Below, piece by piece: positions 47,463 to 60,772 of a DNA stretch of 64,000 nt. Location of the stretch: contig OX597816.1 in assembly GCA_951406725.2 (NCBI GenBank), positions 20,026,001 through 20,090,000 of the forward strand. The letters are read 5' to 3'. Origin of the DNA: Octopus vulgaris. Lineage: Eukaryota. The position numbers and the translations under genes were made by a program. A model generated the notes under the pieces. It was given only the letters and a program-made list of their open reading frames with translations. It searched no databases and was not told the origin of the DNA. Each line of letters begins with the position of its first letter. Position 1 is the stretch's first letter.

Positions 47463-48817
47463 TTACATTAGACGCTCGTCCGTCATATAATCCAATAGAT
47501 CCATTTGGTCTATTACATCTGGTAATTTATCATACCGTACATAATGCATTATATGCATAGCATTAAATATCTTTTTTAATTTTATGTATGTCTCTTTGTC
47601 TATAATGACGCCTTTTACATCTTCACCATACAGTTTTGGGTTCACCTTCACCCTGATCAACCCTTTCTTACCTACAAGTCTCTTTTCCACTTCTGTATTC
47701 TTGATATACATCACAACTGCCTTCAAGTTTTTCCCTGTAGGCCTTCTTCCATATTTACACGATTCCAATTGTTCGTTCACTCTTGTCTCCCATTCTTGTT
47801 CAAACTCTGTCCTTGGCCGCTCTCTCTCCTTCTCTTTTACTTCCTGTCCTTTGTATGTTTTCTCTTCTCTCTCTTCTGCTATCTTACTTTTGATTTTTTT
47901 CTTTTTTTGGAGATCTTTCGGTGGTGATTCCACCCTTGATCTCTTCCTATCTTCTGTTTTTTCCTCTTCTGTTTTTTCCTCTTCTGCACTTGCTCGTTCT
48001 TCCTCATTTAACTGCTCCTCCATTCGTGTTTCCTCCGCTTTCGCTTCCTCCACACACGCATCTTTACACTCCTCTATCACAACTTCTGGTGCTTTTGTTT
48101 TTTCCCGCGGGCACACATCCTTCATGTGGCCCCTCGATTTACAATTATAGCAGATTGGGGTCTTCCCTCTACCACAACTCGGAGCCGTGTTTCGTCAGGG
48201 TAGACCAACTCCTCCGGGATGTTGTACAGGTCTCGCACGGTTATGTGTGCCAGAACCTGCACCGTATATCCCCACCACTTAACCTCTGCTGACTTCTCCA
48301 CCTTCAGTACCTCCACATCATCCTTGCAGTTAAACAGCACCGCCGCCAGCAACCTTTCCATATTAAATTCGGGTGAGATTCTATTGATTCTCATCCTCAC
48401 TGCTCTCCTTCCGCAGTAACTTGGTAGCAAAGTCCACTTATCCGACTTCAAAATTCTTGTTGCATTCTTTTTTGCCTCCTCTTCTGTTTTAAAATACACC
48501 ACCACCGTGGCATACTTCCTTCCTCTTTTGAAAAATGCGGGTTCACCCTCAATTTCCTTCAGACACCTTTCTACTTCTTCCATTTCCGCTACTTCAATTT
48601 TTTTCGACTCCACGCACCACGTCCTGTACGTTATAGTACGCTTCTCTGCACTGCTTTCCTCCTCCTCGGACGGTGTGACTATCACACAGTCACCCTCCCT
48701 CTTTAAACTGTCGAAATACTTCTGTAAAGTCTTCTGTTCGACCATCACCTCCTCCATTTCCAGTTCACCGGCAACCAGGCCTCTGCCTGCCGCTCGCGCG
48801 TAAGTCTGCTCTTGCAT
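47463..48817 (-). CDS. Unit 2 Gag/ORF1-like protein (divergent subfamily C), one frameshift
   Basis: LLPSYCGRRAVRMRI..RVVVEGRP; across the frameshift at about 48155 it reads CYNCKSRGHMKDVC (CCHC). Confidence 0.8.
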
Positions 48818-49144
48818 TTTCAAGAAAAAAAATTATTCCACGTCCTCCAACGAACTCGAACTCACAACGTCTTTACTCGAAATAAACACACCAGAATAAA
48901 CACACCAGAATAACTCCAACTAACTAACTCAAAAAAAACGCGACCGAACTCAAAATTGCTGTTTCATTATATCGGGAGCCGAAAAAAACACGTATTTCTT
49001 TATTACCCACTAAGGGGCTACGAAGAGTGCCGGACATCACAAAACATGGGGACATAGAACATTATAATTAAACTTTATGAACATGAATTGTTAAACGAAA
49101 AAATGATAAAATGAAAGTGATACCAACGGCCCCGTCCGTCAGCA

Positions 49145-50564
49145 TCACTTACCTGTCCTTTGTTTTTCATAGTCACTTGAATGTTCTTTGTCAATACGAA
49201 TAAATTCCATATCCATTCTTACTCCGAAATACTCATCCATATTTTCCACGAATTCATCGCTCATTCTTATATCTTTCACCTCCCAATTCTCCCTTTCACA
49301 CCTCCCCATAAACTCACCTATGTTCTTTTTTTCAATCACAGCATACCTAGTCTCTCCAACATCATACCGTTTATACTCTTCCATTAGACTTTTAACTTCC
49401 CTCTGTTCAGTCATAGTACAAATGTACGGCCTGGGTTCGATTTCAATCTCTTGTGTGTGTGTATTCTTTTTTTTTCTTTTGTTTTCTTGTTGGGGGGGAG
49501 CGGGTGGGTTCAATGTCTGCATGGATAGGGTGGGACTCAGAGGGTGTGGGAGGTTTTGGGGTAGATTGGAGTTCCATATTATTTTCTTTTTTTCCACATA
49601 TTCTTCTCTTCCTCTTACTTCCAGCTTCCTTCCATTTCTGTGTATTCTCTTCCTCTGTTTCCTTCTCCTCTGGTTTCTGCTTCTCTCTCTCTGGTTCGGG
49701 ATCCATTTCTTTCCCTGGGGGAGGGCAGAAGGCTCTTATGTGACCCCTCAGGCCACACTTGTAACAACGTGGAGCCCTGCCCTCCACCCACACTCTCATG
49801 ATCACTTCTCCCAGTCTGATGCTTTCCGTCAGGTCCACCAGTACCTCGGTCTCTGCCTGTACGTTCAGCTCCACTGTTACGCCTCTCCAGCCCTCCGACT
49901 TAACCGAGGCATGGAGAATATCCACTTCGTCCTCGTGGCCGCTGATCACAGCCGCCACAATCCATTCTGCCTCCACGTTTGGTGGCACTCCCTCCACCCT
50001 TATTCGTGTAATCCTCCTGTTTAAATACGTAGGTAACAGTGTTACCTTTTCCGACTTCACCGCCTTCGCTGCCATCTTCCTCGCTGCAGATTCACTTTTA
50101 AAGTGCACAACTACGGTCCCGTACTTGGATCCTCGAGTCAGAAAATTTATTTCCTCCTCAGTTCTTCGCAGGGCTTCCTCTATCCATTCCATGGATACAA
50201 CTTCTACCCTCTTCCTTTCGTTTGCGCACACCCTGTAAACAATGGTCCTCTTGTCATACCATTCTTTTCTCCTGGGTGTCGGTGATAGTTCCACCTCACC
50301 GCTTTCCTTTTCCATGTATTTCTGGTAACTTGGCAACTTGGCCATGTCGACCCCTTTCTCTTCCGCCTTCTTGGTTACACCGGCATAGGTATAACCCAGC
50401 TTCTGATCCATTTTCCTCACTGCTATTTCTAGCTCCTCCTCAGATGTAGACAAGTCTGATAAAGACTCGAAAACTCCAGCCTTTTCCTCCATCAGCTTCA
50501 CTGCAATTGCCTGTTCCAGTTCCTCATCCGTCGTGGACAAGTCTGTTAGAGACTCATAGTCCAT
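49145..50564 (-). CDS. Unit 3 Gag/ORF1-like protein (subfamily A), one homopolymer frameshift
   Basis: 373-aa ORF with CCHC plus C-terminal segment in ORF 49145-49597. Confidence 0.85.
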
Positions 50565-50899
50565 TTCCTTCTGTCTGACAGACCGAAAACGGCCGCCAAA
50601 ACAGAAAAAGTGTAACGCGCTGAACGAGCGAAACGCGAAACCGCGTCAACGCCGTTCAGAATTTCCACAACAACAACAACGCTTTTTGTTCTTTTTTACC
50701 GAATTTTCAGGAGCCGAAAAAAAAACACGGAGCCGAAAAAAAGCCCGTATTTCTTTATTACCCACTAAGGGGCTACGAAGAGTGCCGGACATAACAAAAC
50801 ATGGGGACATAGAACATTATAATTAAACTGTATGAACATGAAGTGTTAAACGAAAAAATGATAAAATGAAAGCGATACCAACGGCCCCGTCCGTCAGCA

Positions 50900-52315
50900 T
50901 CACTTACCTGTCCTTTGTTTTTCATAGTCACTTGAATGTTCTTTGCCAATACGAATAAATTCCATATCCATTCTTACTCCGAAATACTCATTCATATTTT
51001 CCACGAATTCATCGCTCATTCTTATATCTTTCACCTCCCAATTCTCCCTTTCACACCTCCCCATAAACTCACCTATGTTCTTTTTTTCAATCACAGCATA
51101 CCTAGTCTCTCCAACATCATACCGTTTATACTCTTCCATTAGACTTTTAATTTCCTCTGTTCAGTCATAGTACAAATGTACGGCCTGGGTTCGATTTCAA
51201 TCTCTTGTGTGTGTGTATTCTTTTTTTTCTTTTGTTTTCTTGTTGGGGGGGAGCGGGTGGGTTCAATTTCTGCATGGATAGGGTGGGACTCAGAGGGTGT
51301 GGGAGGTTTTGGGGTAGATTGGAGTTCCATATTATTTTCTTTTTTTCCACATATTCTTCTCTTCCTCTTACTTCCAGCTTCCTTCCATTTCTGTGTATTC
51401 TCTTCCTCTGTTTCCTTCTCCTCTGGTTTCTGCTTCTCTCTCTCTGGTTCGGGATCCATTTCTTTCCCTGGGGGAGGGCAGAAGGCTCTTATGTGACCCC
51501 TCAGGCCACACTTGTAACAACGTGGAGCCCTGCCCTCCACCCACACTCTCATGATCACTTCTCCCAGTCTGATGCTTTCCGTCAGGTCCACCAGTACCTC
51601 GGTCTCTGCCTGTACGTTCAGCTCCACTGTTACGCCTCTCCAGCCCTCGGACTTAACCGAGGCATGGAGAATATCCACTTCGTCCTCGTGGCCGCTGATC
51701 ACAGCCGCCACAATCCATTCTGCCTCCACGTTTGGTGGCACTCCCTCCACCCTTATTCGTGTAATCCTCCTGTTTAAATACGTAGGTAACAGTGTTACCT
51801 TTTCCGACTTCACCGCCTTCGCTGCCGTCTTCCTCGCTACAGATTCACTTTTAAAGTGCACAACTACGGTCCCGTACTTGGATCCTCGAGTCAGAAAATT
51901 TATTTCCTCCTCAGTTCTTCGCAGGGCTTCCTCTATCCATTCCATGGTTACAACTTCTACCCTCTTCCTTTCGTTTGCGAACACCCTGTAAACAATGGTC
52001 CTCTTATCATACCATTCTTTCTCCTGGGTGTCGGTGATAGTTCCACCTCACCGCTTTCCTTTTTCATGTATTTCTGGTAACTTGGCAACTTGGCCATGTC
52101 GACCCCTTTTCTTCCGCCTTCTTGGTTACACCGGCATAGGTATAACCCAGCTTCTCTTCCAATTCCCTTGCTGCCGTTTCTAGCTCCTTCTCAGACGTAG
52201 GCAAGTCTGATAAAGACTCGAAAACTCCAGCCTTTTCTTCCATCAGCTTCATTGCAATTGCCTGTTCCAGTTCCTCATCTGTCGTGGACAAGTCTGTTAA
52301 AGACTCATAGTCCAT
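50900..52315 (-). CDS. Unit 4 Gag/ORF1-like protein (subfamily A), frameshifted
   Basis: Fragments 52064-52315, 51139-51984 and 50900-51139. Confidence 0.8.
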
Positions 52316-52643
52316 TTCCTTCTGTCTGACAGACCGAAAACGGCCGCCAAAACAGAAAAAGTGTAACGCGCTGAACGAGCGAAACGCGAAACCGCGTCAA
52401 CGCCGTTCAGAATTTCCACAACAACAACAACGCTTTCTGTTCTTTTTTACCGAATTTTACAGAGCGCAAAAAAACGTATGATTTTTTATTACCCACAAGG
52501 GGCCAACGAAGAGGGGGACATTACAAGACATGGGGACATGGAACATCACAATTACATATATATGAGCAAAATGGAATATGAAAAATGATATATGAGAGCG
52601 ATACCGACGGCCCCATCCGCCAGCATCACTTATCTGTCCTTCT

Positions 52644-53972
52644 TCACCCATTTTCAATTAGTATTCCTGTTTCAACTATCACAACATTCGTTTTTCTTTT
52701 AGCCCTCTCTATCCATTCATCTTTCATTTCCACTGACTTCCAACACACACCCTCTTCCTCAAACCTTGTCGCCAATATACCCGTATCCTCACTATCCACA
52801 GCCGTGTAGCTCCAATCTTCGTGTTCGTACCACTTGGTTAACACCAGTTTTTTAACGTTTTGTATGTCTTTCCCTTGTATAACACATAAAAAATGGGTCT
52901 TGGGACTTTCTTTGCTCTGTGTGTCTGTTTTTGTTTTTCTTGTAGGCGGGGAGTGGGTGGAATCACTGTTTGCAGGGGAAGGATGGGACTCCAAGGGTAT
53001 GGGTGGTGTCGGGGTGGGTTGGGGTTTCGCACAGTTTTTCTTTTTCTTTCTCTTTCTCTTTGTTCCCACTTCTTTCCACTCTTGTTGCATCTCCTCTTCT
53101 TCTGTCGTTTCCTTCTCTGTTTGTTTCTGTTTATTTTCTTCCTCTCCTGAGGCTTCCTCAACGCTTTCCTTTTCTTTTTCCTTTGGTGGGGGAGGGCAGT
53201 AGGCTCTTATGTGACCCCTTTGGCCACACTTGTAGCACCTGGGCGCCCTACCCTCCACCCACACTCTCATAATAATATTTCCAGTTTTTATGCTGTCCGT
53301 AATCCTCTCTATAACATCCGCCTCCGCTTGAACGTTCATAACTAGTGTGGCACCTCTCACGCCTTCATACTTCATAATGGCGTGGAGGATGTCCACTTTA
53401 TCTTCATTTCCTTTTATAACCGCAGCCGTTATTAATTCGCCCTCTAGGTGTGGAGGTATTCCCTCCACCCTAATTCTAGTTGTCCGCCTATTCAGATACG
53501 AGGGTAACAAGTAAATCTTTTCTGTACTCACCACCTTGGCTGCTACATTCCTGGCTGCTTTTTCGCTTTTAAATTGCACCGTTATCGTTCCGTATTGTAA
53601 TCCTTTTGTCATGTACACAATTTCCTCTCCTGTCTGCTTGAGAGCCTCTTCAATTGCTTCCATGTTGATTACTTCCATCTTTCTACCTCCATTCATAAAT
53701 ACTTTATATTTAATGGTTCTACGATGGAACCAGTCTCCGCGCCCTACTGGATGCAGCAGCTCGACTTCACCGTTCTCGTCCTCCTTCACAAACTCCTGGA
53801 GGCCCGCCAACTTAGCCAAGTCTATCTCTCTTTCCGTTGACTTCTTCGTTACACCTGCGTAGGTGCCTTCCATCTTTTTCACCGCCAACTCCTCCTCAGA
53901 TGTCGATACTTCCGTCGAAATTTCAGAGTAAATTCTCCCTTCCATCTCCTCCGCTTGATGGAGGCGGCTCAT
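52644..53972 (-). CDS. Unit 5 Gag/ORF1-like protein (subfamily B, ..IENG C-terminus), intact 442 aa
   Basis: Uninterrupted from MSRLHQ; CYKCGQRGHIRAYC; KRKRKKKK NLS-like motif. Confidence 0.88.
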   Translation of the reverse strand: MSRLHQAEEMEGRIYSEISTEVSTSEEELAVKKMEGTYAGVTKKSTEREIDLAKLAGLQEFVKEDENGEVELLHPVGRGDWFHRRTIKYKVFMNGGRKMEVINMEAIEEALKQTGEEIVYMTKGLQYGTITVQFKSEKAARNVAAKVVSTEKIYLLPSYLNRRTTRIRVEGIPPHLEGELITAAVIKGNEDKVDILHAIMKYEGVRGATLVMNVQAEADVIERITDSIKTGNIIMRVWVEGRAPRCYKCGQRGHIRAYCPPPPKEKEKESVEEASGEEENKQKQTEKETTEEEEMQQEWKEVGTKRKRKKKKNCAKPQPTPTPPIPLESHPSPANSDSTHSPPTRKTKTDTQSKESPKTHFLCVIQGKDIQNVKKLVLTKWYEHEDWSYTAVDSEDTGILATRFEEEGVCWKSVEMKDEWIERAKRKTNVVIVETGILIENG

Positions 53973-54317
53973 AGACGCCTCCAGCCGAAAAAACGGCCTC
54001 CCGAACCGAAAAAGTGTAACGCGCAGAACCAGTGAGACGCAAAACCGCATCAACTACGTTCAAAATTTTACAACAACAACCATTCACTTTTTGTTCTTTT
54101 TTCTTTTTACCGAATTCCACAGAGAGCAAAAAACACAGAGCCGAAAAAACCACATGATTCTTTATTACCCACAAGGGGCCAACGAAGAGGGGGACATTAC
54201 AAGACATGGGGACATGGAACATCACAATTACATATATATGAGCAAATGGAATATGAAAATGATATATGAGAGCGATACCGACGGCCCCATCCGCCAGCAT
54301 CACTTATCTGTCCTTCT

Positions 54318-55648
54318 TCACCCATTTTCAATTAGTATTCCTGTTTCACCTATCACAACATTCGTTTTTCTTTTAGCCCTCTCTATCCATTCATCTTTCA
54401 TTTCCACTGACTTCCAACACACACCCTCTTCCTCAAACCTTGTCGCCAATATACCCGTATCCTCACTATCCACAGCCGTGTAGCTCCAATCTTCGTGTTC
54501 GTACCACTTGGTTAACACCAGTTTTTTAACGTTTTGTATGTCTTTCCCTTGTATAACACATAAAAAATGGGTCTTGGGACTTTCTTTGCTCTGTGTGTCT
54601 GTTTTTGTTTTTCTTGTAGGCGGGGAGTGGGTGGAATCACTGTTTGCAGGGGAAGGATGGGACTCCAAGGGTATGGGTGGTGTCGGGGTGGGTTGGGGTT
54701 TCGCACAGTTTTTCTTTTTCTTTCTCTTTCTCTTTGTTCCCACTTCTTTCCACTCTTGTTGCATCTCCTCTTCTTCTGTCGTTTCCTTCTCTGTTTGTTT
54801 CTGTTTATTTTCTTCCTCTCCTGAGGCTTCCTCAACGCTTTCCTTTTCTTTTTCCTTTGGTGGGGGAGGGCAGTAGGCTCTTATGTGACCCCTTTGGCCA
54901 CACTTGTAGCACCTGGGCGCCCTACCCTCCACCCACACTCTCATAATAATATTTCCAGTTTTTATGCTGTCCGTAATCCTCTCTATAACATCCGCCTCCG
55001 CTTGAACGTTCATAACTAGTGTGGCACCTCTCACGCCTTCATACTTCATAATGGCGTGGAGGATGTCCACTTTATCTTCATTTCCTTTTATAACCGCAGC
55101 CGTTATTAATTCGCCCTCTAGGTGTGGAGGTATTCCCTCCACCCTAATTCCTAGTTGTCCGCCTATTCAGATACGAGGGTAACAAGTAAATCTTTTCTGT
55201 ACTCACCACCTTGGCTGCTACATTCCTGGCTGCTTTTTTCGCTTTTAAATTGCACCGTTATCGTTCCGTATTGTAATCCTTTTGTCATGTACACAATTTC
55301 CTCTCCTGTCTGCTTGAGAGCCTCTTCAATTGCTTCCATGTTGATTACTTCCATCTTTCTACCTCCATTCATAAATACTTTATATTTAATGGTTCTACGA
55401 TGGAACCAGTCTCCGCGCCCTACTGGATGCAGCAGCTCGACTTCACCGTTCTCGTCCTCCTTCACAAACTCCTGGAGGCCCGCCAACTTAGCCAAGTCTA
55501 TCTCTCTTTCCGTTGACTTCTTCGTTACACCTGCGTAGGTGCCTTCCATCTTTTTCACCGCCAACTCCTCCTCAGATGTCGATACTTCCGTCGAAATTTC
55601 AGAGTAAATTCTCCCTTCCATCTCCTCCGCTTGATGGAGGCGGCTCAT
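54318..55648 (-). CDS. Unit 6 Gag/ORF1-like protein (subfamily B, IENG), frameshifted
   Basis: Near-identical to unit 5, with 1-nt insertions at about 55150-55240. Confidence 0.8.
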
Positions 55649-55986
55649 AGACGCCTCCAGCCGAAAAACGGCCTCCCGAACCGAAAAAGTGTAACGCGCA
55701 GAACCAGTGAGACGCGAAACCGCATCAACGCCGTTCAGAATTTCCACAACAACAACAACGCTTTTTGTTCTTTTTTACCGAATTTCAGGAGCCGAAAAAA
55801 AACACGACCTTTTTCTCTACATACTTTATAGACAATTGATTCTTTATTACCCACAAGGGGCCAACGAAGAGGGGGACATTACAAGACATGGGGACATAGA
55901 ACATTATAATTAAATTTATGAAGGATGAATTGTTACATGAAAAAATGATAATATGAAAGCGATGCTAAAGGCCCCATCCGTTAGCA

Positions 55987-57356
55987 TCACTTACCTGTCC
56001 TTTGGTTTTCGCCGTCACTCCAATTTCCAATAATAAAACCGATTCTATTCTCCATTCTCACTTCAAAACGATTCTCCATATTTTTCACGGATTCATCACT
56101 CAGACTCATCTCTTCCACCTCCCAATTCTCCCTTTCGCACCTTCTCATAAACTCATCTATTCGCTCCTTTTCAATCACTGCACACCTGGTCACACCTGAA
56201 TCGCACCATGTATACCCTTCCATTACCCTTTTAACCTCTTCCTGTTCTGTCATAATACAAATGTTCGGCCTGGGTTCGCTTTCAGTCTCTTGTCTGTCTG
56301 TGTTAATTTTTTTTTGTTTTCTTGTTGGAGGGGAGTGGGTGGAATCACTGTTTGCAGGGGAAGGATGGGACTCCAAGGGTATGGGTGGTGTCGGGGTGGG
56401 TTGGGGCTTCGCACAGTTTTTCTTTTTCCTTCTTTTTTTCTCTTTGTTCCCCCTTCTTTCCACTCTTGTTGCATCTCCTCTTCTTCTGTCGTTTCCTTCT
56501 CTGTTTGTTTCTGTTTATTTTCTTCCTCTCTTGAGGCTTCCTCAACGCTTTCCTTTTCTTTTTCCTTTGGTGGGGGAGGGCAGTAGGCTCTTATGTGACC
56601 CCTCTGGCCACACTTGTAGCACCTGGGCGCCCTACCCTCCACCCACACTCTCATAATAATATTTCCAGTTTTTATGCTGTCCGTAATCCTCTCTATAACA
56701 TCCGCCTCCGTTTGAATGTTCATAACTAGTGTGGAACCTCTCACGCCTTCATACTTCATAATGGCGTGGAGGATGTCCACTTTATCTTCATTTCCTTTTA
56801 TAACCGCAGCCGTTATTAATTCGCCCTCTAGGTGTGGAGGTATTCCCTCCACCCTAATTCTGGTTGTCCGCCTATTCAGATACGAGGGTAACAAGTAAAT
56901 CTTTTCTGTACTCACCACCTTGGCTGCTACATTCCTGGCTGCTTTTTCACTTTTAAATTGCACCGTTATGGTTCCGTATTGTAATCCTTTTGTCATGTAC
57001 ACAATTTCCTCTCCTGTCTGCTTGAGAGCCTCTTCAATTGCTTCCATGTTAATTACTTCCATCTTTCTACCTCCATTCATAAATACTTTATATTTAATGG
57101 TTCTACGATGGAACCAGTCTCCGCGCCCTACTGGATTCAGCAGCTCGACTTCACCGTTCTCGTCCTCCTTCACAAACTCCTGGAGGCCCGCCAACTTAGC
57201 CAGGTCTATCTCTCTTTCCGTTGACTTCTTCGTTACACCTGCGTAGGTGCCTTCCATCTTTTTCACCGCCAACTCCTCCTCAGATGTCGATACTTCCGTC
57301 GAAATTTCAGAGTAATTTCTCCCTTCCATCTCCTCCGCTTGATGTAGGCGGCTCAT
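55987..57356 (-). CDS. Unit 7 Gag/ORF1-like protein (subfamily B, ..RTGK C-terminus), frameshifted in homopolymers
   Basis: ORFs 56250-57455 and 55987-56463. Confidence 0.82.
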
Positions 57357-57694
57357 AGTCGCCTCAGACCGAAAAACGGCCTCCCGAACCGAAAAAGTGT
57401 AACGCGCAGAACCAGTGAGACGCGAAACCGCATCAACGCCGTTCAGAATTTCCACAACAACAACAACGCTTTTTGTTCTTTTTTACCGAATTTCAGGAGC
57501 CGAAAAAAACACGACCTTTTTTCTCTACATACTTTATAGACAATTGATTCTTTATTACCCACAAGGGGCCAACGAAGAGGGGGACATTACAAGACATGGG
57601 GACATAGAACATTATAATTAAATTTATGAAGGATGAATTGTTACATGAAAAAATGATAATATGAAAGCGATGCTAAAGGCCCCATCCGTTAGCA

Positions 57695-59058
57695 TCACTT
57701 ACCTGTCCTTTGGTTTTCGCCGTCACTCCAATTTCCAATAATAAAACCGATATTCTCCATTCTCACTTCAAAACGATTCTCCATATTTTTCACGGATTCA
57801 TCACTCAGACTCATCTCTTCCACCTCCCAATTCTCCCTTTCGCACCTTCTCATAAACTCATCTATTCGCTCCTTTTCAATCACTGCACACCTGGTCACAC
57901 CTGAATCGCACCATGTATACCCTTCCATTACCCTTTTAACCTCTTCCTGTTCTGTCATAATACAAATGTTCGGCCTGGGTTCGCTTTCAGTCTCTTGTCT
58001 GTCTGTGTTAATTTTTTTTTGTTTTCTTGTTGGAGGGAGTGGGTGGAATCACTGTTTGCAGGGGAAGGATGGGACTCCAAGGGTATGGGTGGTGTCGGGG
58101 TGGGTTGGGGCTTCGCACAGTTTTTCTTTTTCCTTCTTTTTCTCTTTGTTCCCCCTTCTTTCCACTCTTGTTGCATCTCCTCTTCTTCTGTCGTTTCCTT
58201 CTCTGTTTGTTTCTGTTTATTTTCTTCCTCTCTTGAGGCTTCCTCAACGCTTTCCTTTTCTTTTTCCTTTGGTGGGGGAGGGCAGTAGGCTCTTATGTGA
58301 CCCCTCTGGCCACACTTGTAGCACCTGGGCGCCCTACCCTCCACCCACACTCTCATAATAATATTTCCAGTTTTTATGCTGTCCGTAATCCTCTCTATAA
58401 CATCCGCCTCCGTTTGAATGTTCATAACTAGTGTGGAACCTCTCACGCCTTCATACTTCATAATGGCGTGGAGGATGTCCACTTTATCTTCATTTCCTTT
58501 TATAACCGCAGCCGTTATTAATTCGCCCTCTAGGTGTGGAGGTATTCCCTCCACCCTAATTCTGGTTGTCCGCCTATTCAGATACGAGGGTAACAAGTAA
58601 ATCTTTTCTGTACTCACCACCTTGGCTGCTACATTCCTGGCTGCTTTTTCACTTTTAAATTGCACCGTTATGGTTCCGTATTGTAATCCTTTTGTCATGT
58701 ACACAATTTCCTCTCCTGTCTGCTTGAGAGCCTCTTCAATTGCTTCCATGTTAATTACTTCCATCTTTCTACCTCCATTCATAAATACTTTATATTTAAT
58801 GGTTCTACGATGGAACCAGTCTCCGCGCCCTACTGGATTCAGCAGCTCGACTTCACCGTTCTCGTCCTCCTTCACAAACTCCTGGAGGCCCGCCAACTTA
58901 GCCAGGTCTATCTCTCTTTCCGTTGACTTCTTCGTTACACCTGCGTAGGTGCCTTCCATCTTTTTCACCGCCAACTCCTCCTCAGATGTCGATACTTCCG
59001 TCGAAATTTCAGAGTAATTTCTCCCTTCCATCTCCTCCGCTTGATGTAGGCGGCTCAT
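57695..59058 (-). CDS. Unit 8 Gag/ORF1-like protein (subfamily B, RTGK), one frameshift
   Basis: ORFs 57955-59325 and 57695-57958. Confidence 0.82.
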
Positions 59059-59407
59059 AGTCGCCTCAGACCGAAAAACGGCCTCCCGAACCGAAAAAGT
59101 GTAACGCGCAGAACCAGTGAGACGCGAAACCGCATCAACTACGTTCAAAATTTTACAACAACAACCATTCACTTTTTGTTCTTTTTTCTTTTTACCGAAT
59201 TCCACAGAGAGCCGAAAAAAAACACGACCTTTTTTCTCTACATACTTTATAGACAATTGATTCTTTATTACCCACAAGGGGCCAACGAAGAGGGGGACAT
59301 TACAAGACATGGGGACATAGAACATTATAATTAAATTTATGAAGGATGAATTGTTACATGAAAAAATGATAATATGAAAGCGATGCTAAAGGCCCCATCC
59401 GTTAGCA

Positions 59408-60772
59408 TCACTTACCTGTCCTTTGGTTTTCGCCGTCACTCCAATTTCCAATAATAAAACCGATATTCTCCATTCTCACTTCAAAACGATCCTCCATATT
59501 TTTCACGGATTCATCACTCAGACTCATCTCTTCCACCTCCCAATTCTCCCTTTCGCACCTTCTCATAAACTCATCTATTCGCTCCTTTTCAATCACTGCA
59601 CACCTGGTCACACCTGAATCGCACCATGTATACCCTTCCATTACCCTTTTAACCTCTTCCTGTTCTGTCATAATACAAATGTTCGGCCTGGGTTCGCTTT
59701 CAGTCTCTTGTCTGTCTGTGTTAATTTTTTTTTGTTTTCTTGTTGGAGGGGAGTGGGTGGAATCACTGTTTGCAGGGGAAGGATGGGACTCCAAGGGTAT
59801 GGGTGGTGTCGGGGTGGGTTGGGGCTTCGCACAGTTTTTCTTTTTCCTTCTTTTTCTCTTTGTTCCCCCTTCTTTCCACTCTTGTTGCATCTCCTCTTCT
59901 TCTGTCGTTTCCTTCTCTGTTTGTTTCTGTTTATTTTCTTCCTCTCTTGAGGCTTCCTCAACGCTTTCCTTTTCTTTTTCCTTTGGTGGGGGAGGGCAGT
60001 AGGCTCTTATGTGACCCCTCTGGCCACACTTGTAGCACCTGGGCGCCCTACCCTCCACCCACACTCTCATAATAATATTTCCAGTTTTTATGCTGTCCGT
60101 AATCCTCTCTATAACATCCGCCTCCGTTTGAATGTTCATAACTAGTGTGGCACCTCTCACGCCTTCATACTTCATAATGGCGTGGAGGATGTCCACTTTA
60201 TCTTCATTTCCTTTTATAACCGCAGCCGTTATTAATTCGCCCTCTAGGTGTGGAGGTATTCCCTCCACCCTAATTCTGGTTGTCCGCCTATTCAGATACG
60301 AAGGTAACAAGTAAATCTTTTCTGTACTCACCACCTTGGCTGCTACATTCCTGGCTGCTTTTTCGCTTTTAAATTGCACCGTTATGGTTCCGTATTGTAA
60401 TCCTTTTGTCATGTACACAATTTCCTCTCCTGTCTGCTTGAGAGCCTCTTCAATTGCTTCCATGTTGATTACTTCCATCTTTCTACCTCCATTCATAAAT
60501 ACTTTATATTTAATGGTTCTACGATGGAACCAGTCTCCGCGCCCTACTGGATTCAGCAGCTCGACTTCACCGTTCTCGTCCTCCTTCACAAACTCCTGGA
60601 GGCCCGCCAACTTAGCCAGGTCTATCTCTCTTTCCGTTGACTTCTTCGTTACACCTGCGTAGGTGCCTTCCATCTTTTTCACCGCCAACTCCTCCTCAGA
60701 TGTCGATACTTCCGTCGAAATTTCAGAGTAATTTCTCCCTTCCATCTCCTCCGCTTGATGGAGGCGGCTCAT
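59408..60772 (-). CDS. Unit 9 Gag/ORF1-like protein (subfamily B, RTGK), intact 454 aa
   Basis: Uninterrupted ORF with RRM-like region, CCHC knuckle and basic patch. Confidence 0.88.
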   Translation of the reverse strand: MSRLHQAEEMEGRNYSEISTEVSTSEEELAVKKMEGTYAGVTKKSTEREIDLAKLAGLQEFVKEDENGEVELLNPVGRGDWFHRRTIKYKVFMNGGRKMEVINMEAIEEALKQTGEEIVYMTKGLQYGTITVQFKSEKAARNVAAKVVSTEKIYLLPSYLNRRTTRIRVEGIPPHLEGELITAAVIKGNEDKVDILHAIMKYEGVRGATLVMNIQTEADVIERITDSIKTGNIIMRVWVEGRAPRCYKCGQRGHIRAYCPPPPKEKEKESVEEASREEENKQKQTEKETTEEEEMQQEWKEGGTKRKRRKKKNCAKPQPTPTPPIPLESHPSPANSDSTHSPPTRKQKKINTDRQETESEPRPNICIMTEQEEVKRVMEGYTWCDSGVTRCAVIEKERIDEFMRRCERENWEVEEMSLSDESVKNMEDRFEVRMENIGFIIGNWSDGENQRTGK

